DNA of 63,051 nt, filler included, from Globobulimina sp. (Eukaryota), in NCBI GenBank assembly GCA_003354225.1. It is 53 parts of 53 records of this genome, joined end to end, with 100 filler letters (N's around TTAATTAATTAA, not from the genome) between each part and the next. Parts side by side here need not be neighbours in the genome. Positions count along the whole stretch, not along the records: positions 11,921 to 13,012 come from PIVH01023745.1; positions 13,113 to 14,204 come from PIVH01023746.1; positions 14,305 to 15,396 come from PIVH01023747.1; positions 15,497 to 16,588 come from PIVH01023748.1; positions 16,689 to 17,780 come from PIVH01023749.1; positions 17,881 to 18,972 come from PIVH01023750.1; positions 19,073 to 20,164 come from PIVH01023751.1; positions 20,265 to 21,356 come from PIVH01023752.1; 45 more parts are not named here. One strand, given 5' to 3'. The notes beneath the pieces are model-generated. The model worked only from the letters and a program-made list of their open reading frames with translations, was not told the origin of the DNA and ran no database searches. The translations under genes were made by a program, and so were the position numbers. Below are positions 11,921 through 24,563 of the stretch, in pieces (positions within the stretch are counted from its first letter, which is position 1; each line of letters begins with the position of its first letter).

Positions 11921-12784
11921 TGCGGGGTCTTGCTATACACGTTGATTACCGGGCGATTGCCGTATCACGCTACGAGTTTAGGCAATTTTATCACGCAAGT
12001 CTTGACCTTGCCGCCCGTCATACCCATCGAAGATATAACGTGGGTCTCTGACGAATTGAAGGATTTATTGTATAAATTGTTAGAGACTACGTACTTTAAT
12101 CGGATTGACTTGAAAGATGCGTTGAAGCATAAATGGTTCAAAACGATCGCGTTGACCACGAACAAAGAAAACCCCATCTCTTTGCCGACCACAATCATCG
12201 ATAATATTATCAATTTATGCAAATTGGAGAATGCACGCAATTGGATCTCCACTATTACGCATGGCCAAAATTATCAAAACCAAAACAATAAGCAATTGGA
12301 CCGTGATCGGAAATATTTTGGCCGGTTAGACCCAACGGGGCAACGCAAGTCACTCAAAAAAGATAAATTGGTCATTTTCTTGATGGATAGATTGGGATTT
12401 TGTCAATACAGAGCCACCCAAATCATTGAAGAATATCATCCAAATTGTGGTAAGGATAACAATTTAAATTTACAGTGGAAAGCGTTTGTGTCTACTTATA
12501 TCGATATACAATGGAATGATTGTGATAAATTGTCGCAAACCAAGCAATTCACAAATGCGATATTTACGGGTTTAGATCCAAATGGTGAGGGCTGCGTCGA
12601 TTCGAAATTGTTATTGATGTTGTTCGAAGACATTAATCTCAAATTACAAAATATTGTCAATAAGTTGACCACTTTACAGAAATTTACTTTTGAACAATGT
12701 GTGAGTACATTAGCCGATGCTTTTAAAAATGGTTTTGATATTAAGGATTTATTGTCGGTGGATCACGTCGTTCAATCTACATAA
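11921..12784 (+). CDS. Ser/Thr kinase C-lobe plus degenerate EF-hands (CDPK-like), partial
   Basis: CGVLLYTLITGRLPY..SDELKDLLYKLL..RIDLKDALKHKWF; LDPTGQ and LDPNGEGCVD EF-hand-like loops. Confidence 0.8.
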   Translation, partial: CGVLLYTLITGRLPYHATSLGNFITQVLTLPPVIPIEDITWVSDELKDLLYKLLETTYFNRIDLKDALKHKWFKTIALTTNKENPISLPTTIIDNIINLCKLENARNWISTITHGQNYQNQNNKQLDRDRKYFGRLDPTGQRKSLKKDKLVIFLMDRLGFCQYRATQIIEEYHPNCGKDNNLNLQWKAFVSTYIDIQWNDCDKLSQTKQFTNAIFTGLDPNGEGCVDSKLLLMLFEDINLKLQNIVNKLTTLQKFTFEQCVSTLADAFKNGFDIKDLLSVDHVVQST

Positions 12785-13112
12785 TATAACATAATAATAT
12801 TACTTGTAATTCTCTCATCTTTCTTATTTTTTTATTATGTTTTAAGTTTTTCCCTTTTTTTTTATTATTTTTGGTATCGTTATAAGGACAAATGATTTGT
12901 GCGTGTCATCATTTGTGTTGTTCTGCATTTTTTATAGTAAACAATACTAAACATAGAGAGTTTAGGTGCCATTGACTAGCTAGCGTAGAATGAGATGTAA
13001 ATAAAAGTACATNNNNNNNNNNNNNNNNNNNNNNNNNNNNNNNNNNNNNNNNNNNNTTAATTAATTAANNNNNNNNNNNNNNNNNNNNNNNNNNNNNNNN
13101 NNNNNNNNNNNN

Positions 13113-14164
13113 CAATACTGCTTTGACCAAATTTTTTTTCGTCTGTTCTAGATCTGGCGGTTATCGCACGGCTGAGATTATGCTCCAAATCATTTACAAT
13201 CATTGTTTCCTCCTCCTTCAATGTGGATGGCTCCGCTGATAATCCTGATATTACAGGTACTTCTGTTGCAGCTGCATCATCATCAAGATTGTGGGTCATC
13301 TCATCATCATCAAAACCTCCAATGTCGTTATCATTTCTACCATCAAAATTAGGCCGTTTTGCCATCACCGAATTGCCTCCAGCTATACAGTATAATTAAT
13401 ATATAGTATAATTAATATACAATTCGCATAGTACCAGTACCTGTATCTTGTCGTAAAGGCGGTGCCTCCGCAGTGCCAAACAAATCAAAAGTAGTGCAGC
13501 AACATACGATACACATTTGAACCATACTTATTATCATCATTACAATAAATACATTCGGATATGCTACCATGAGAACCCATGCTAAGCCACATAAAGCCTG
13601 CACAGAGGACACACCATGTTTAGAATGGAACGTTTCTCCGCCATAACAGACATGAAAGTCATTGCTCCATAAATAGAGACTATCAGCATCATATTCATGC
13701 AAATCAGAATATCCCCATAACGGTAAATCTAGCATACATTTTACATCCCCATTCTCGTCGCGTATTTCTACCGATACATTTCGTATTTTTACATCATCTG
13801 AGTCGGCATCGTAATACCAGTCAATATTTAATTCGCCAAAGTTCCTCCCCAACCACGCACAGCTCGTCACACCGTCTTCTCGCGCATAATCATCCAGGGT
13901 ATAACTAAATTTTTCGACATAGGGCGATTCGTAAAACATTGCATGTGTAAGTCCCGAGGAGGTCACTTCATAAAAATCATAAGTTGCATTGTCTTTTTTG
14001 TCTACACATTGCGAATGCATCAGTTCACTACGATGTACATCTCCTGATATCAACAATAACCGTTCATTCGTGTTATACTGTTTCAACAATCTGAATAATT
14101 TCTGCTGCGATTCTTCATATTTATACCACCCTTCTCGTGTATGCAATGGCGGGTTATTCATTAT
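13113..14164 (-). CDS. phoD: PhoD-type alkaline phosphatase, C-terminal part with TM anchor and acidic tail; intron about 13383-13440
   Basis: LLISGDVHRSE, YEVTSSGLTHA, NFGELNIDW; a phase-1 intron joins to ORF 13057-13368. Confidence 0.8.
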
Positions 14165-14304
14165 CTTATATATATATACAAAAGACGTATGGTTTTTACA
14201 TTTGNNNNNNNNNNNNNNNNNNNNNNNNNNNNNNNNNNNNNNNNNNNNTTAATTAATTAANNNNNNNNNNNNNNNNNNNNNNNNNNNNNNNNNNNNNNNN
14301 NNNN

Positions 14305-14450
14305 GGTTTCTTCGATCTGCGCCCTATAATCGGAGATGACGGCGATGTGGCTCTCCTTGCCGGCATTCTTCAAACCAATGATAAACCGCTTCACATATTT
14401 CACCGCAATCTGCGCCTCTTTCTCATTGGATGTACGCACACCAAATTCCT
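14305..14450 (-). CDS. UPF1/DNA2/SEN1-like SF1 helicase C-terminal domain, short exon fragment
   Basis: NEKEAQIAV..IAVISDYRAQI matches N..EA..IGVITPY.AQ. Confidence 0.6.
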
Positions 14451-14837
14451 CTTATATTTAAATAAATATATATTGCATTCATGAAATCGTAGAAAAAATA
14501 AGGTTTTGCCTTTTGTAAGCGATCGTTTTCTTGCAAAAAAAAATGGTAGCACACTTTGCAAATCCAGAAACTGTTTTCTATAGGTTTGCCTTGGGTTTGT
14601 TCTGGAATTTTCGGTATACAAAGGGGAGGGGGGTTATCCAAACGGGGGGTTATCTTTTGGAATATGTCGTTAAATTGTACCATAAAACAAGTCAATACGG
14701 AATGGAATGTGTTTTAGATGTATGGAAGAAGGCTACAATGCATCCAACAGATAATCCAAAAATGATTTTTGTTTGTATGCTGAGAACACAAAAATGATAA
14801 ATTAACAATCAATAAAAAAAATGACTTCGTAGGCTGA

Positions 14838-15311
14838 TCAATAAAAAAAATCATAAATTATCTTTTTCATCTCTGTAAATGCGTCATATAAACTTACTGC
14901 TAATCCAACGAACGGCACTAATAATTTATTCAATCTCGCTTCATCTGAGGCACTAATAATGTTACAATTACCAATTACTATTCGTGTTTCATGACATCCC
15001 GCATAAATATCAATTATTTCTTTATCTTTAGCAAAATAATTTGAATTAAATAATAATGGTTTCTTAATATTTACTGGCGGACTGGAAAAATATGAGAGAA
15101 GTGATGTTGATACATATAAACATTGATTATATTCATTATGTCCCCATAAATAATATTTATTATCCTCTGTTTTAATAATATTATGAGACATACCACATTT
15201 AATATCAATAATTGTTTCCTTTTTTAATGTTTCATTTGGTTGTGGTAAATATACAGTTTTATTTGAACCATTACCACATTGATACCACCGATTGTCTCCA
15301 AAACAATATAC
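14838..15311 (-). CDS. RCC1-repeat protein, C-terminal part
   Basis: VYCFGDNRWYQCG, IIDIKCGMSHNII, YLWGHNEYNQC, IIDIYAGCHET. Confidence 0.8.
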   Translation of the reverse strand, partial: VYCFGDNRWYQCGNGSNKTVYLPQPNETLKKETIIDIKCGMSHNIIKTEDNKYYLWGHNEYNQCLYVSTSLLSYFSSPPVNIKKPLLFNSNYFAKDKEIIDIYAGCHETRIVIGNCNIISASDEARLNKLLVPFVGLAVSLYDAFTEMKKIIYDFFY

Positions 15312-16351
15312 CTTATTTATTTATTAAAATATATTTGTATATGACAGACAAAACACAACACAAAAAGATCAAAACTTTGTTATTTAAGGATAATAANNNN
15401 NNNNNNNNNNNNNNNNNNNNNNNNNNNNNNNNNNNNNNNNTTAATTAATTAANNNNNNNNNNNNNNNNNNNNNNNNNNNNNNNNNNNNNNNNNNNNGAAT
15501 CCGGATTGGGAGGGGGCTACAAAAACACACAATCAAACACAAGTACATTGGAGTGCAACTAATGGGATATACCCGATAAAATGTGTCAAGAGAAGAGCAA
15601 ACGCAATTCCTATCTTTCATCTGGAGCGACACAGTACTTGTTCATGTCAGAGTGAATTCTGTTGCTCGTTATTTGTTGTTACGTTTGTAAAATCAAATTT
15701 TTGCAAAAACTACAGATTCTACTATACATGCAAAAAAATGATGAAAGATATGTAAATACTAGCAATATTAAATAATCGGTTCAAACAATAACATAACGGA
15801 TATGTATAAAATAACTCATGCATAAATATATTTAATTTCTCAAACAATTCTTTGACTTTTTGATTGATTGCGTCAATCATTCAATTCTTTCCATACATAT
15901 TTATTACAGCAATAAATCATTTCGCATTCCATAAACGGTGATAATTTTGAATGGATTCTTTTTCCGAAATGGAGCAAACACAAATTTTGCTTTGTATTTA
16001 TTTTATCATTCATTGCTTTGATAGTCACACAATCGACCACGAATAATTCGATAATAAATTATATTCAAGTAAGTATACCGGTCAAAACAAAACACATTAT
16101 AAAACAACATAAAACATGATAAAACATTGATGAAACAGTGTAAAAAACAATGCAAAACATAATAAAACACATTTGACTTTTTAGGCTTAAACTTTTAAAC
16201 ACTTCTTTTGTGATTGGCAAGGTTTTTGGGTAGCTAGAGTGGTTCCTTTCGGATGGAAACAACAAACATAAATACGTTCCTCTGAAACCAAACCACCCAT
16301 AATCCAAGCACCACACAAATGCACCAATACACAATAGCAATAAAGATTTAA

Positions 16352-16445
16352 ATTTTGTAATTCATTTTTTGTAATTCAGTGAGGTTTTTGTAATTCATTT
16401 TTGTAATTAATCTTGAAGTGAGGTTTTTTGTAATTCATTTTTCGC
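16352..16445. repeat. Short tandem repeats of TTTTGTAATTCA in a non-coding contig
   Basis: Five near-copies, two preceded by GTGAGG. Confidence 0.7.
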
Positions 16446-17954
16446 AACAATGACAGCTCGCCAAGTCTCGAAATGTACGGAATTAGGATCAGATCAGATT
16501 ATGTGGTTGTAATTTTTTGATGAAATTACATTTTTTTCGGAATATTGAGGAAAAAATGGACAGAAAAATAAAAATGATGGATTTTGGTNNNNNNNNNNNN
16601 NNNNNNNNNNNNNNNNNNNNNNNNNNNNNNNNTTAATTAATTAANNNNNNNNNNNNNNNNNNNNNNNNNNNNNNNNNNNNNNNNNNNNGCCGAACCCGGC
16701 CAACAGTACGACCAACTAAGAAAATATTAGCTTGAATGAATGGTTGAAAGGATATTACAAGGTTGATTGGTGTTGTCTCTCGAAGGGATAAACGCATTTA
16801 TGATGAAACACAAAATAATATATATGGGGTTAAAAAAGAGGTGTGAAGGGAAAACATTGAAAATACTGTGCAGCTCTTAGTAGATGGAATGGCCTCGAAC
16901 CATGTAAAGTAAGAAAAAAAATTTTTTTTAAAAAAATCAAGAAATTGTGTTGGGTTATTTTTAATTTCAATTTGAGTTCAATTTTCCTAAGTTATTTTAA
17001 GTTGAATTCAGTTCAAGTTCATAAGATAGTTCATTTTGCCGTCCGTAACAAATTCGCCGCCAAAAACAGTTCATAGTGAGCGAAAAAGTAGTAGAAATAG
17101 CTAAAAACTACAGTCGGTTGAAAATGTGCAAATTCGATCAAAATGCAGTGACAATCAATGACAACGATGTCAAAAACTCGGATGGAAGTACAAAGTGAGC
17201 TATTTTTATGTTTTTGTTATGTTTTTATATTCAGTTTACAAGTGAATGAAAATTTTAGCCAAAAATTCTATTTTGCCTTAAGCAAAATATACAGTATGAC
17301 AATGCTCTACTGGGGACAAACAAATATTCATTCAATTGCATATTGGGGTTTAGTTATATTTTGGTTTGAGTAGCGCAACAATCGAGAAATGGCTTGTAGA
17401 ATGCATTTTCGTGAGAAATTTTCTTCAACCCCCACGAGGGGCAGGAAGTTTCTCCCCAAATTGGTAACATCTTGGTAATAATTCCATCCAAAGTTATGGG
17501 ACGATATGGCACATAACAATTACCGTAGGGGGGAAGGGAACTATGCATTGCAAAATGCATAGTACTTCCGGAAATGCATTTTCTGCAGAAATACAGTACA
17601 CTTTTGCCAAAAACTACAAATTCGATTGTCACAAAATCGGGCGCAAAGGGTTTAGAGTTGGTTTACGACAGTTTAGTCGTATTATTTAGAAAATACAAAA
17701 ACCCATGGTAACAATCCAATATTGTAGGTAAAGATACAGTACCCTGGTAACACGTAATATGGTAATGGGTACAATTAGGTNNNNNNNNNNNNNNNNNNNN
17801 NNNNNNNNNNNNNNNNNNNNNNNNTTAATTAATTAANNNNNNNNNNNNNNNNNNNNNNNNNNNNNNNNNNNNNNNNNNNNAATGGGGAGCGATGATGGTT
17901 GATCTGTCTGCAACGAGTTTTTTTGACCTTGATCGGTGGCAGCACAGGGATGTT

Positions 17955-18281
17955 TTCTCTCGTGATGATGCCCAGAATTCCGATCTCCGGCTGGTTTATT
18001 ATTGGTTGGAACCATTCGGGTACAGTGCCCCAATTGGTTCTGATATGGGCGCCTTCAATAGAAAAGAAATGTCCGCTTTCGTGGCATAAGTTCCCTGTGC
18101 TTTTATCGAAATACCATTTGCGTAATTCGGTGAACGGTATCTGTTGGACTGCGATATGTGTATTTTTTCTCTGCTGCTCCAGCCACTCAAGACAATTACT
18201 TGTTGTCATAAAGGGGTTCTCTTCCGTGAGGGCGGAGCGCAGGAATTTCTCTTCTTTTGTTTCCAGAGTGATCTTGTCCAT
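17955..18281 (-). CDS. Bacterial NDP-hexose 2,3-dehydratase, N-terminal part (homology breaks after ITRE)
   Basis: IPFTELRKWYFD..GNLCHESGHFFSIEG..WFQPIINQPEIGILGII. Confidence 0.85.
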
Positions 18282-18481
18282 GTTGTGTGAGGGTTTCGTT
18301 ACTGTAACCCCTTTTCAGTGAGATGATGAAAAAATGGTTGACTAACTATTATAATATTTTTTATGAATATAAATCATTCTATCCCCCATGATTATTAAAA
18401 TATGCCGCAATATGCAGGCTCTTTAGGTTGATCTGGCGGACATATCAGTTTCTGGACCGGTATTTGGGAAGAGTGAAAGAC

Positions 18482-18511
18482 TTGCTCGTTAAATTGATTT
18501 ACAGTTATAAT
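18482..18511 (+). promoter_or_regulatory. Putative sigma70 promoter
   Basis: TTGCTC-18 bp-TATAAT, 21 nt upstream of ATG 18533. Confidence 0.35.
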
Positions 18512-18532
18512 ATTAATCACCCGAGACTGCTC

Positions 18533-18972
18533 ATGCAAAAAAAACATCTCCACCTCATCATAGGATTAATAATTATTGGATTGTCACTATTTTACGCTTT
18601 TCGTGGTGTGTCGATTGATGAGTTGCAGAAGGCATTCAAATCTATTCAGTATTTCTACCTTTTACCTGCAATTATTCTCGTTGCAATAAGCTATTTATTG
18701 CGGGCAATGCGATGGAGTTATTTCGTTCGTTCCATAAAGGAAGTAAAGACAAAAGATCTGTTATCGCCATTAATGATCGGCTTCATGGGAAACATGCTGC
18801 CGGCAAGGGCAGGTGAATTTATCCGCGCATATCTCCTCAGCAAAAGGGAAAATATCAGTTTTAGCGCCTCATTTGCTACTATCTTTATTGAAAGGTTGTT
18901 TGACTTAATTGTTATGCTGTTATTGCTGGCGAGTGTATTGTTATTCAAGCCCGAAGCTTTTGGCGATGGAGG
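18533..18972 (+). CDS. Bacterial lysylphosphatidylglycerol-synthase TM / UPF0104 flippase-like protein, partial
   Basis: LRAMRW, IGFMGNMLPARAGEFIRAYLL, ATIFIERLFDL. Confidence 0.85.
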
Positions 18973-19146
18973 NNNNNNNNNNNNNNNNNNNNNNNNNNNN
19001 NNNNNNNNNNNNNNNNTTAATTAATTAANNNNNNNNNNNNNNNNNNNNNNNNNNNNNNNNNNNNNNNNNNNNGGAGAAACATAGTATACAGAAACAATAA
19101 TCAGCATAAAAATGTGCATAAAAATATACAAAAATTTACAGTGTTT

Positions 19147-20058
19147 TTATGTTATTGCAATCTCTTGTTCTTGTTTCATATGATGTTCTTTAGTGCTTTT
19201 TCTTCTTTTCACCATATAAAGAAAAACTATTAAAATGAGGATAACAATCACAACCGCACCTATACCTAACATAATAATCGGATTATCCCCGAAAACAGAT
19301 AGCAAATCGTCATTGAGATCTGGTACTTGTAAATTATCGCAATCATAAATGTTTTCATCATTACAAATTATATTATTAGATACTTGAAAGGTGTATGGCG
19401 GTGAAATATAATCACTGGTATCCCATCCATCGAATCTGTCCCATAGTTGTTCATAATCACCACATTCTGCGGTTTGTGGCAATATTATAATATCTAATAA
19501 TGAATCTAAGACACAGCCGGAGCCGCAATCATCACAGGTGCCGGAATCATCGGTATATTCGAAAAAAAACAAACGTCCAGGATAATTTGATGATGTATTC
19601 GAACAACAACCATATTTCTGCCAATATCCGAGCCCTTCATAAAAACATACACCTGGCATTTTATTTATGTGTAGATATTATCATGACGCAATAGGATTAA
19701 TTTAATGCAACAAACCTAACGGATATGCTCTAGTCTCATACACAAAGTTACAGCTTGTACTCCTGCTGACTTCTGCACCACATATTGGCTTATTACATTC
19801 AAAAGAATGTGTTTCCGTGCTTGAACCTGAATATATTTGATCATACGCGACTACTTCATCATTTCCTGTGCAATTGAAACACGAATATGATCGCGTCATT
19901 AAATCAGAGCAAAAACCAATTGCATTGAAATTCCATGTATTCCAAGAGTTGCTGTCTCCTTCTGCGAAATACGAACATAATGATGCACCCCATAATGTTT
20001 TATCAGGCTGTGCATTCACTCTACAAACAAAATACAACAAGAATAGGCGTAATAACAT
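19147..20058 (-). CDS. Cys-rich type I membrane surface protein; intron 19653-19715
   Basis: Signal peptide MLLRLFLLYFVCRVNA; a 63-nt phase-1 intron joins the two ORFs; C-terminal TM followed by KRRK. Confidence 0.75.
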
Positions 20059-20299
20059 CAGAAACGTACTTTGAGTCAAATTCTTCTTTAATACTTCAAA
20101 AACTTTGAGAATAATTTGGCGCTACTTTTATTATACTATTACTTGAAAGGTTTTCACAGAATCANNNNNNNNNNNNNNNNNNNNNNNNNNNNNNNNNNNN
20201 NNNNNNNNTTAATTAATTAANNNNNNNNNNNNNNNNNNNNNNNNNNNNNNNNNNNNNNNNNNNNTTCACTTTTCATCGCCAAAGTAAACCACTTTGCAT

Positions 20300-21356
20300 G
20301 TCATGCTGCTTCAAATCATTTTGTTTACTTGTTATTGTTTATTTTTTTGCTTCTCATTATATTCCGCTACCATATGGTTTATTACATTCCTAAAACAAGA
20401 TCGCATTCATTGGATTGAATGCCATGAAGAAACATGGTGTCCATTGTTGTTTAGGGAAATCATTCGAAATTCAATCCAATTATTTTGGTGCGTGTTTGGT
20501 TTAACAAATGTTTTTGGATCACCCGCAGAAACTGTTGCTTCCATCATTTACGAAGTACAGCAAAAACACATGAATAATAATATGGATGCATATAAATTAA
20601 CTATTTTAGATTTATGTTCAGGATCAGGCGGACCAATCACAATCATTACGGAACAATTAAACAAACACATCGATACAACCACCATTGTTACAGATTTATT
20701 TCCGCATTTAACAAAATGGAAGCTGTTATCGTCAAAAAATAAAAATATAAAATATTGTAAAATACCAGTTGATGCCACACAAATTGATTCGAATAAAATT
20801 GCAAAAAATCTAAATTTGGCGCATCAAACAGCTGCAATCACCAATACTAACATTAAAAATATTTACTTACGATCCATATTTGGCGCATTTCATCATTTTT
20901 CACCTGATGTGCTGACGCGTATTTTGTATGATGTTATAAAATGCAATGATGATTTTATCGCAGTTGAAATTACAGATCGAGGCTCCATTTTTGATTTCTT
21001 GCTCTGTGTGTTTGAGTGTGTTGTAATTATCCCGCTATTAATTGTCATGCAGATAAAATATTATTTTATTGATCAATATTATGAGCTAAATTTATTGCAG
21101 AAAGCATATAAAAGTTTAATAATGATAGTAAGCACTCCTGTGTGGGGCACAATATTTGTGAATGATGGCATTATTTCAAATGCAAGATGTTATAAACAAA
21201 AAGAAATAATGAATTTAACGCAAATGGCAGCAGACAAAGCGAAGAAAGATGGTATTACTATTGAGTATGAATGGAAATGTTGGAATCAAAGATCAAATAT
21301 GATGTTTCCTTTTAGTTTTTTGCTACCAATGTCGGTTTTATATGGACGACCGAAAC
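20300..21356 (+). CDS. Membrane-associated class I SAM methyltransferase-like protein, partial
   Basis: IECHEETWCP, ILDLCSGSGGP, TDLFPH, PVDAT, RSIFGAFHHF. Confidence 0.7.
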
Positions 21357-21456
21357 NNNNNNNNNNNNNNNNNNNNNNNNNNNNNNNNNNNNNNNNNNNN
21401 TTAATTAATTAANNNNNNNNNNNNNNNNNNNNNNNNNNNNNNNNNNNNNNNNNNNN

Positions 21457-22548
21457 ATAACGGTTTAATACCATTTTCAGCTCTTAATCGATTGAACGTA
21501 TTTTTATATAATAAGCAAATAACTAATAAACAGATATAATGTGAGAGGAGGTCAATAATGCGAAATGGCAATATATTTTTATAATTGTCAATGATTAGAA
21601 AATAAATAATTAAAATGCATTGGATTAAAAAAAAAGAACTAATGACTATGGTGGCTAATAACAATTTATTCGACAATTTTATCTCTGTGTTCATCAATGT
21701 ATCGGTCGGATTTGAGCTGTCTTCATTTGAACTGTTCATATTTTTTATCATTGTCGCAGTTTTGCGGATAATTTGTTGTGTTTTATAACCGAACATAGTA
21801 AATATTATTGACGCGAATAATAACAAGCTCGCCCAAAAAATTTGCGACGCAGAATATATCCATAACATATTTGAAGGCATATTGACAAATGAAATAATTA
21901 AAAATTGTAAAAAACCAAACACCATCAATGCGATTGTGGTAGTTTTCAGCGATTTGGTCAAAATGCTCAGAATATTCGCGTTGCTGCAGTCAGTCAATGA
22001 CATTGAGACAATAATCCATGAATATAATACCACGCCGAATATAATGAAATAAAACCACTGCGGCGATAACAATAAAAAGGTCAAAAATACAATGTTTGCA
22101 TGGTTGTTATCGTTATTTGAGGCGTATATATCGATGGAAACGAATGAAATGCAGAGTAAAATATTAATAAATGCTATTACAAACACCGAGGACATGGACA
22201 ATAACGATTTCTCGCGAAATGGATTGAATCGGTTATGTCTGATAAATGGCAATAACTCCCGCGAGGTATGGATGAGTACAAAAATAAATAACACCAAAAA
22301 AATAATATGAACCACTTTCCAGCCAACATGTTTTGTGAGAATTTCATCGCAGTTTTCCTGCAAATTATTGATACTATGCACAATGGAAAAGGTGGTAAGA
22401 TGATTGCAGTCACATTCAATTGTATTCAATTCGTAATTTATTATGGTGGAACAACCGGTATTTTCCCATTTATGTAATTCCTCATCAAACCACACGCATT
22501 GTATATCAGTGTAAGATGATAGCGATTCGTCATCAAATATAATGCCAA
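21457..22548 (-). CDS. GPS/GAIN-motif plus 7TM receptor-like protein, partial
   Basis: CVWFDEELHKWENTGC..IECDCNHLTTFSI followed by seven hydrophobic helices. Confidence 0.85.
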
Positions 22549-23038
22549 NNNNNNNNNNNNNNNNNNNNNNNNNNNNNNNNNNNNNNNNNNNNTTAATTAA
22601 TTAANNNNNNNNNNNNNNNNNNNNNNNNNNNNNNNNNNNNNNNNNNNNAATATTTAAATCATTCATTTGTAATGGCTCACATTCAAAACAATTACAACTC
22701 TTCAATATATTACGGAATTCAGACTCAGTTATTTTGACGTTGAATCTGGTTCCAATTATATTATCAGAGAGTGGAGACTTTGATAAATTGGTATATGAAC
22801 GGTTTGCTATTGCTGTCTGTTTGATGCTTTTTACGTTTGACATGGCTGGATTGGATATCTTCAAAAACTTCTTCAAAACGCTAAAAAAAAATGAAGATTC
22901 TGTTCGCGTTGCTGGAAACTATCGGATTTTACACGACCACAAAAAAGAAACTTATATTGTTATTGAATCAGTGTTACTGTTCGAAAGTTTCTGTACATAT
23001 TCGTAACACATTAATGTTATTAATAATATCACATATAT

Positions 23039-23740
23039 TTAAATGATTAGGTCTCCTTCAACAGTTTTTTCATTTGCAATATCCATTTGATTTGATGTCG
23101 TGGAATCAGAAGATGTATCATATTCTGGTGTGATGATAAATCCATTCTCCGTCTCAACAACTGGATCATCATTATGTTTTTCATCATTTCCCATCACAAT
23201 ATTTACCTCATTTACCTCATCGGTGGCATCAACCCATCCTTCATAATTTCCTTTTGTCTGCTTATCATTTTCATTCTGTATAACATCCGGTAAAGCATTG
23301 TTAACATTGATCAACATATTCTCATCCTTTTTTATAACCACATGATCAGAATCTGACATTTGTACAACATCAGCAATCGAACCAGAACCAGGTGGCTCTA
23401 TACGTATTTGTACAACATCATCAATCGAACCGGTACCGATCATTTCCATCACCTCGCTGATTCCTGCTTTGTTCCTTTGTTTTCGCCGTTTATAACAAAG
23501 AAAGAAAATGACAGTGCAACACGATGCGTTCAAACATAACACAATTACAGCCAACATAATTAGTAATAAATTTGCAATATTATTAATTGATACAGATGAC
23601 GTAGCTCTATGTTGCTCAGTACTTTGTGCTGTGACAGTGACACTATATTTTGTCGGAGAAACGGTTGGTGAGTTTGATGGCTTCTCGGTTGTTGTTGGTC
23701 GCTTTGATGGATTACTCGTTGCCGATAATGATGGGTTATT
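23039..23740 (-). CDS. Single-pass membrane protein with P/S/T-rich stalk, C-terminal part
   Basis: NPSKRPTTTEKPSNSPTVSPT, TM segment, KRRK, acidic tail. Confidence 0.7.
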   Translation of the reverse strand, partial: NNPSLSATSNPSKRPTTTEKPSNSPTVSPTKYSVTVTAQSTEQHRATSSVSINNIANLLLIMLAVIVLCLNASCCTVIFFLCYKRRKQRNKAGISEVMEMIGTGSIDDVVQIRIEPPGSGSIADVVQMSDSDHVVIKKDENMLINVNNALPDVIQNENDKQTKGNYEGWVDATDEVNEVNIVMGNDEKHNDDPVVETENGFIITPEYDTSSDSTTSNQMDIANEKTVEGDLII

Positions 23741-23840
23741 NNNNNNNNNNNNNNNNNNNNNNNNNNNNNNNNNNNNNNNNNNNNTTAATTAATTAANNNN
23801 NNNNNNNNNNNNNNNNNNNNNNNNNNNNNNNNNNNNNNNN

Positions 23841-24563
23841 CAAATCATCAGCATAACATAAACAACTAGTATTCTCAGACAAATTTAAACCTTGAAGACC
23901 ATCAATGTATGCTATGAATAGTGAAGGTCCTAGACAAGAGCCCTGTGGCACACCAGATACAATATTTCTAGTGGATGAAATAGCACTACTTAATCTAACT
24001 ACATATGAACAACTAGAAAGATAAGAGATTAACCAACGAAGCAGGAAATGCGGCACTCCATAGCGTTCCTGTAGTTTTGTTATCAATGGACCATGAGAAA
24101 CACGATCAAAAGCTGCCTTCAAGTCGAAAAATATAACTCCCACCTTTTTGTGTTTGTCCATATTAGTTGAGACCAAATGAACAAACAAATTTAGGCAATC
24201 CACAGTAGAGCGCGCTTTACGAAAACCATATTGAGTAGCACTGAGTATTGGATCAAAATATTTCCATAATAGACGATTAACATGACGTTCCATAATCTTA
24301 GAGATGACTGATAATAATGCAATTGGACGATAATCATTTGGTGTAGAAGGTTGGTTACATTTAGGAACAGGTGATATAAATGCAAATTTCCAATCATTTG
24401 GTACAATACCTTCAGATAGGGACCGATTGAATAGCACTGTAAGAGAGGGTGCCAACACAGATGCACAACTTTTTAGAAAAATTGATGGCAGTTCATCAGG
24501 GCCAGTCGATTTGTTAGCTGATAAAGTGGCTAACTGACGTTCAACAAAACCATAATTACAATG
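23841..24563 (-). mobile_element. Non-LTR retrotransposon reverse transcriptase (CR1/Jockey-like), partial
   Basis: KSTGPDELP, YRPIALLSVISKIME, QYGFRKARST, FFDLKAAFDRV, GVPQGSCLGPSLF, YADD. Confidence 0.93.

Noticed and set aside
17540..17563. Hairpin ACTATGCATT-GCAA-AATGCATAGT in a non-coding contig as a terminator or ncRNA
   Set aside because: Isolated 10-bp stem with no U tract or gene context; probably part of an unresolved repeat
23841..24563. Bacterial retron, DGR or group II intron RT
   Set aside because: Motifs (GPD, YRPIALLS, GVPQGS.LGP.LF, YADD) are those of eukaryotic non-LTR elements; no ncRNA or template repeat seen
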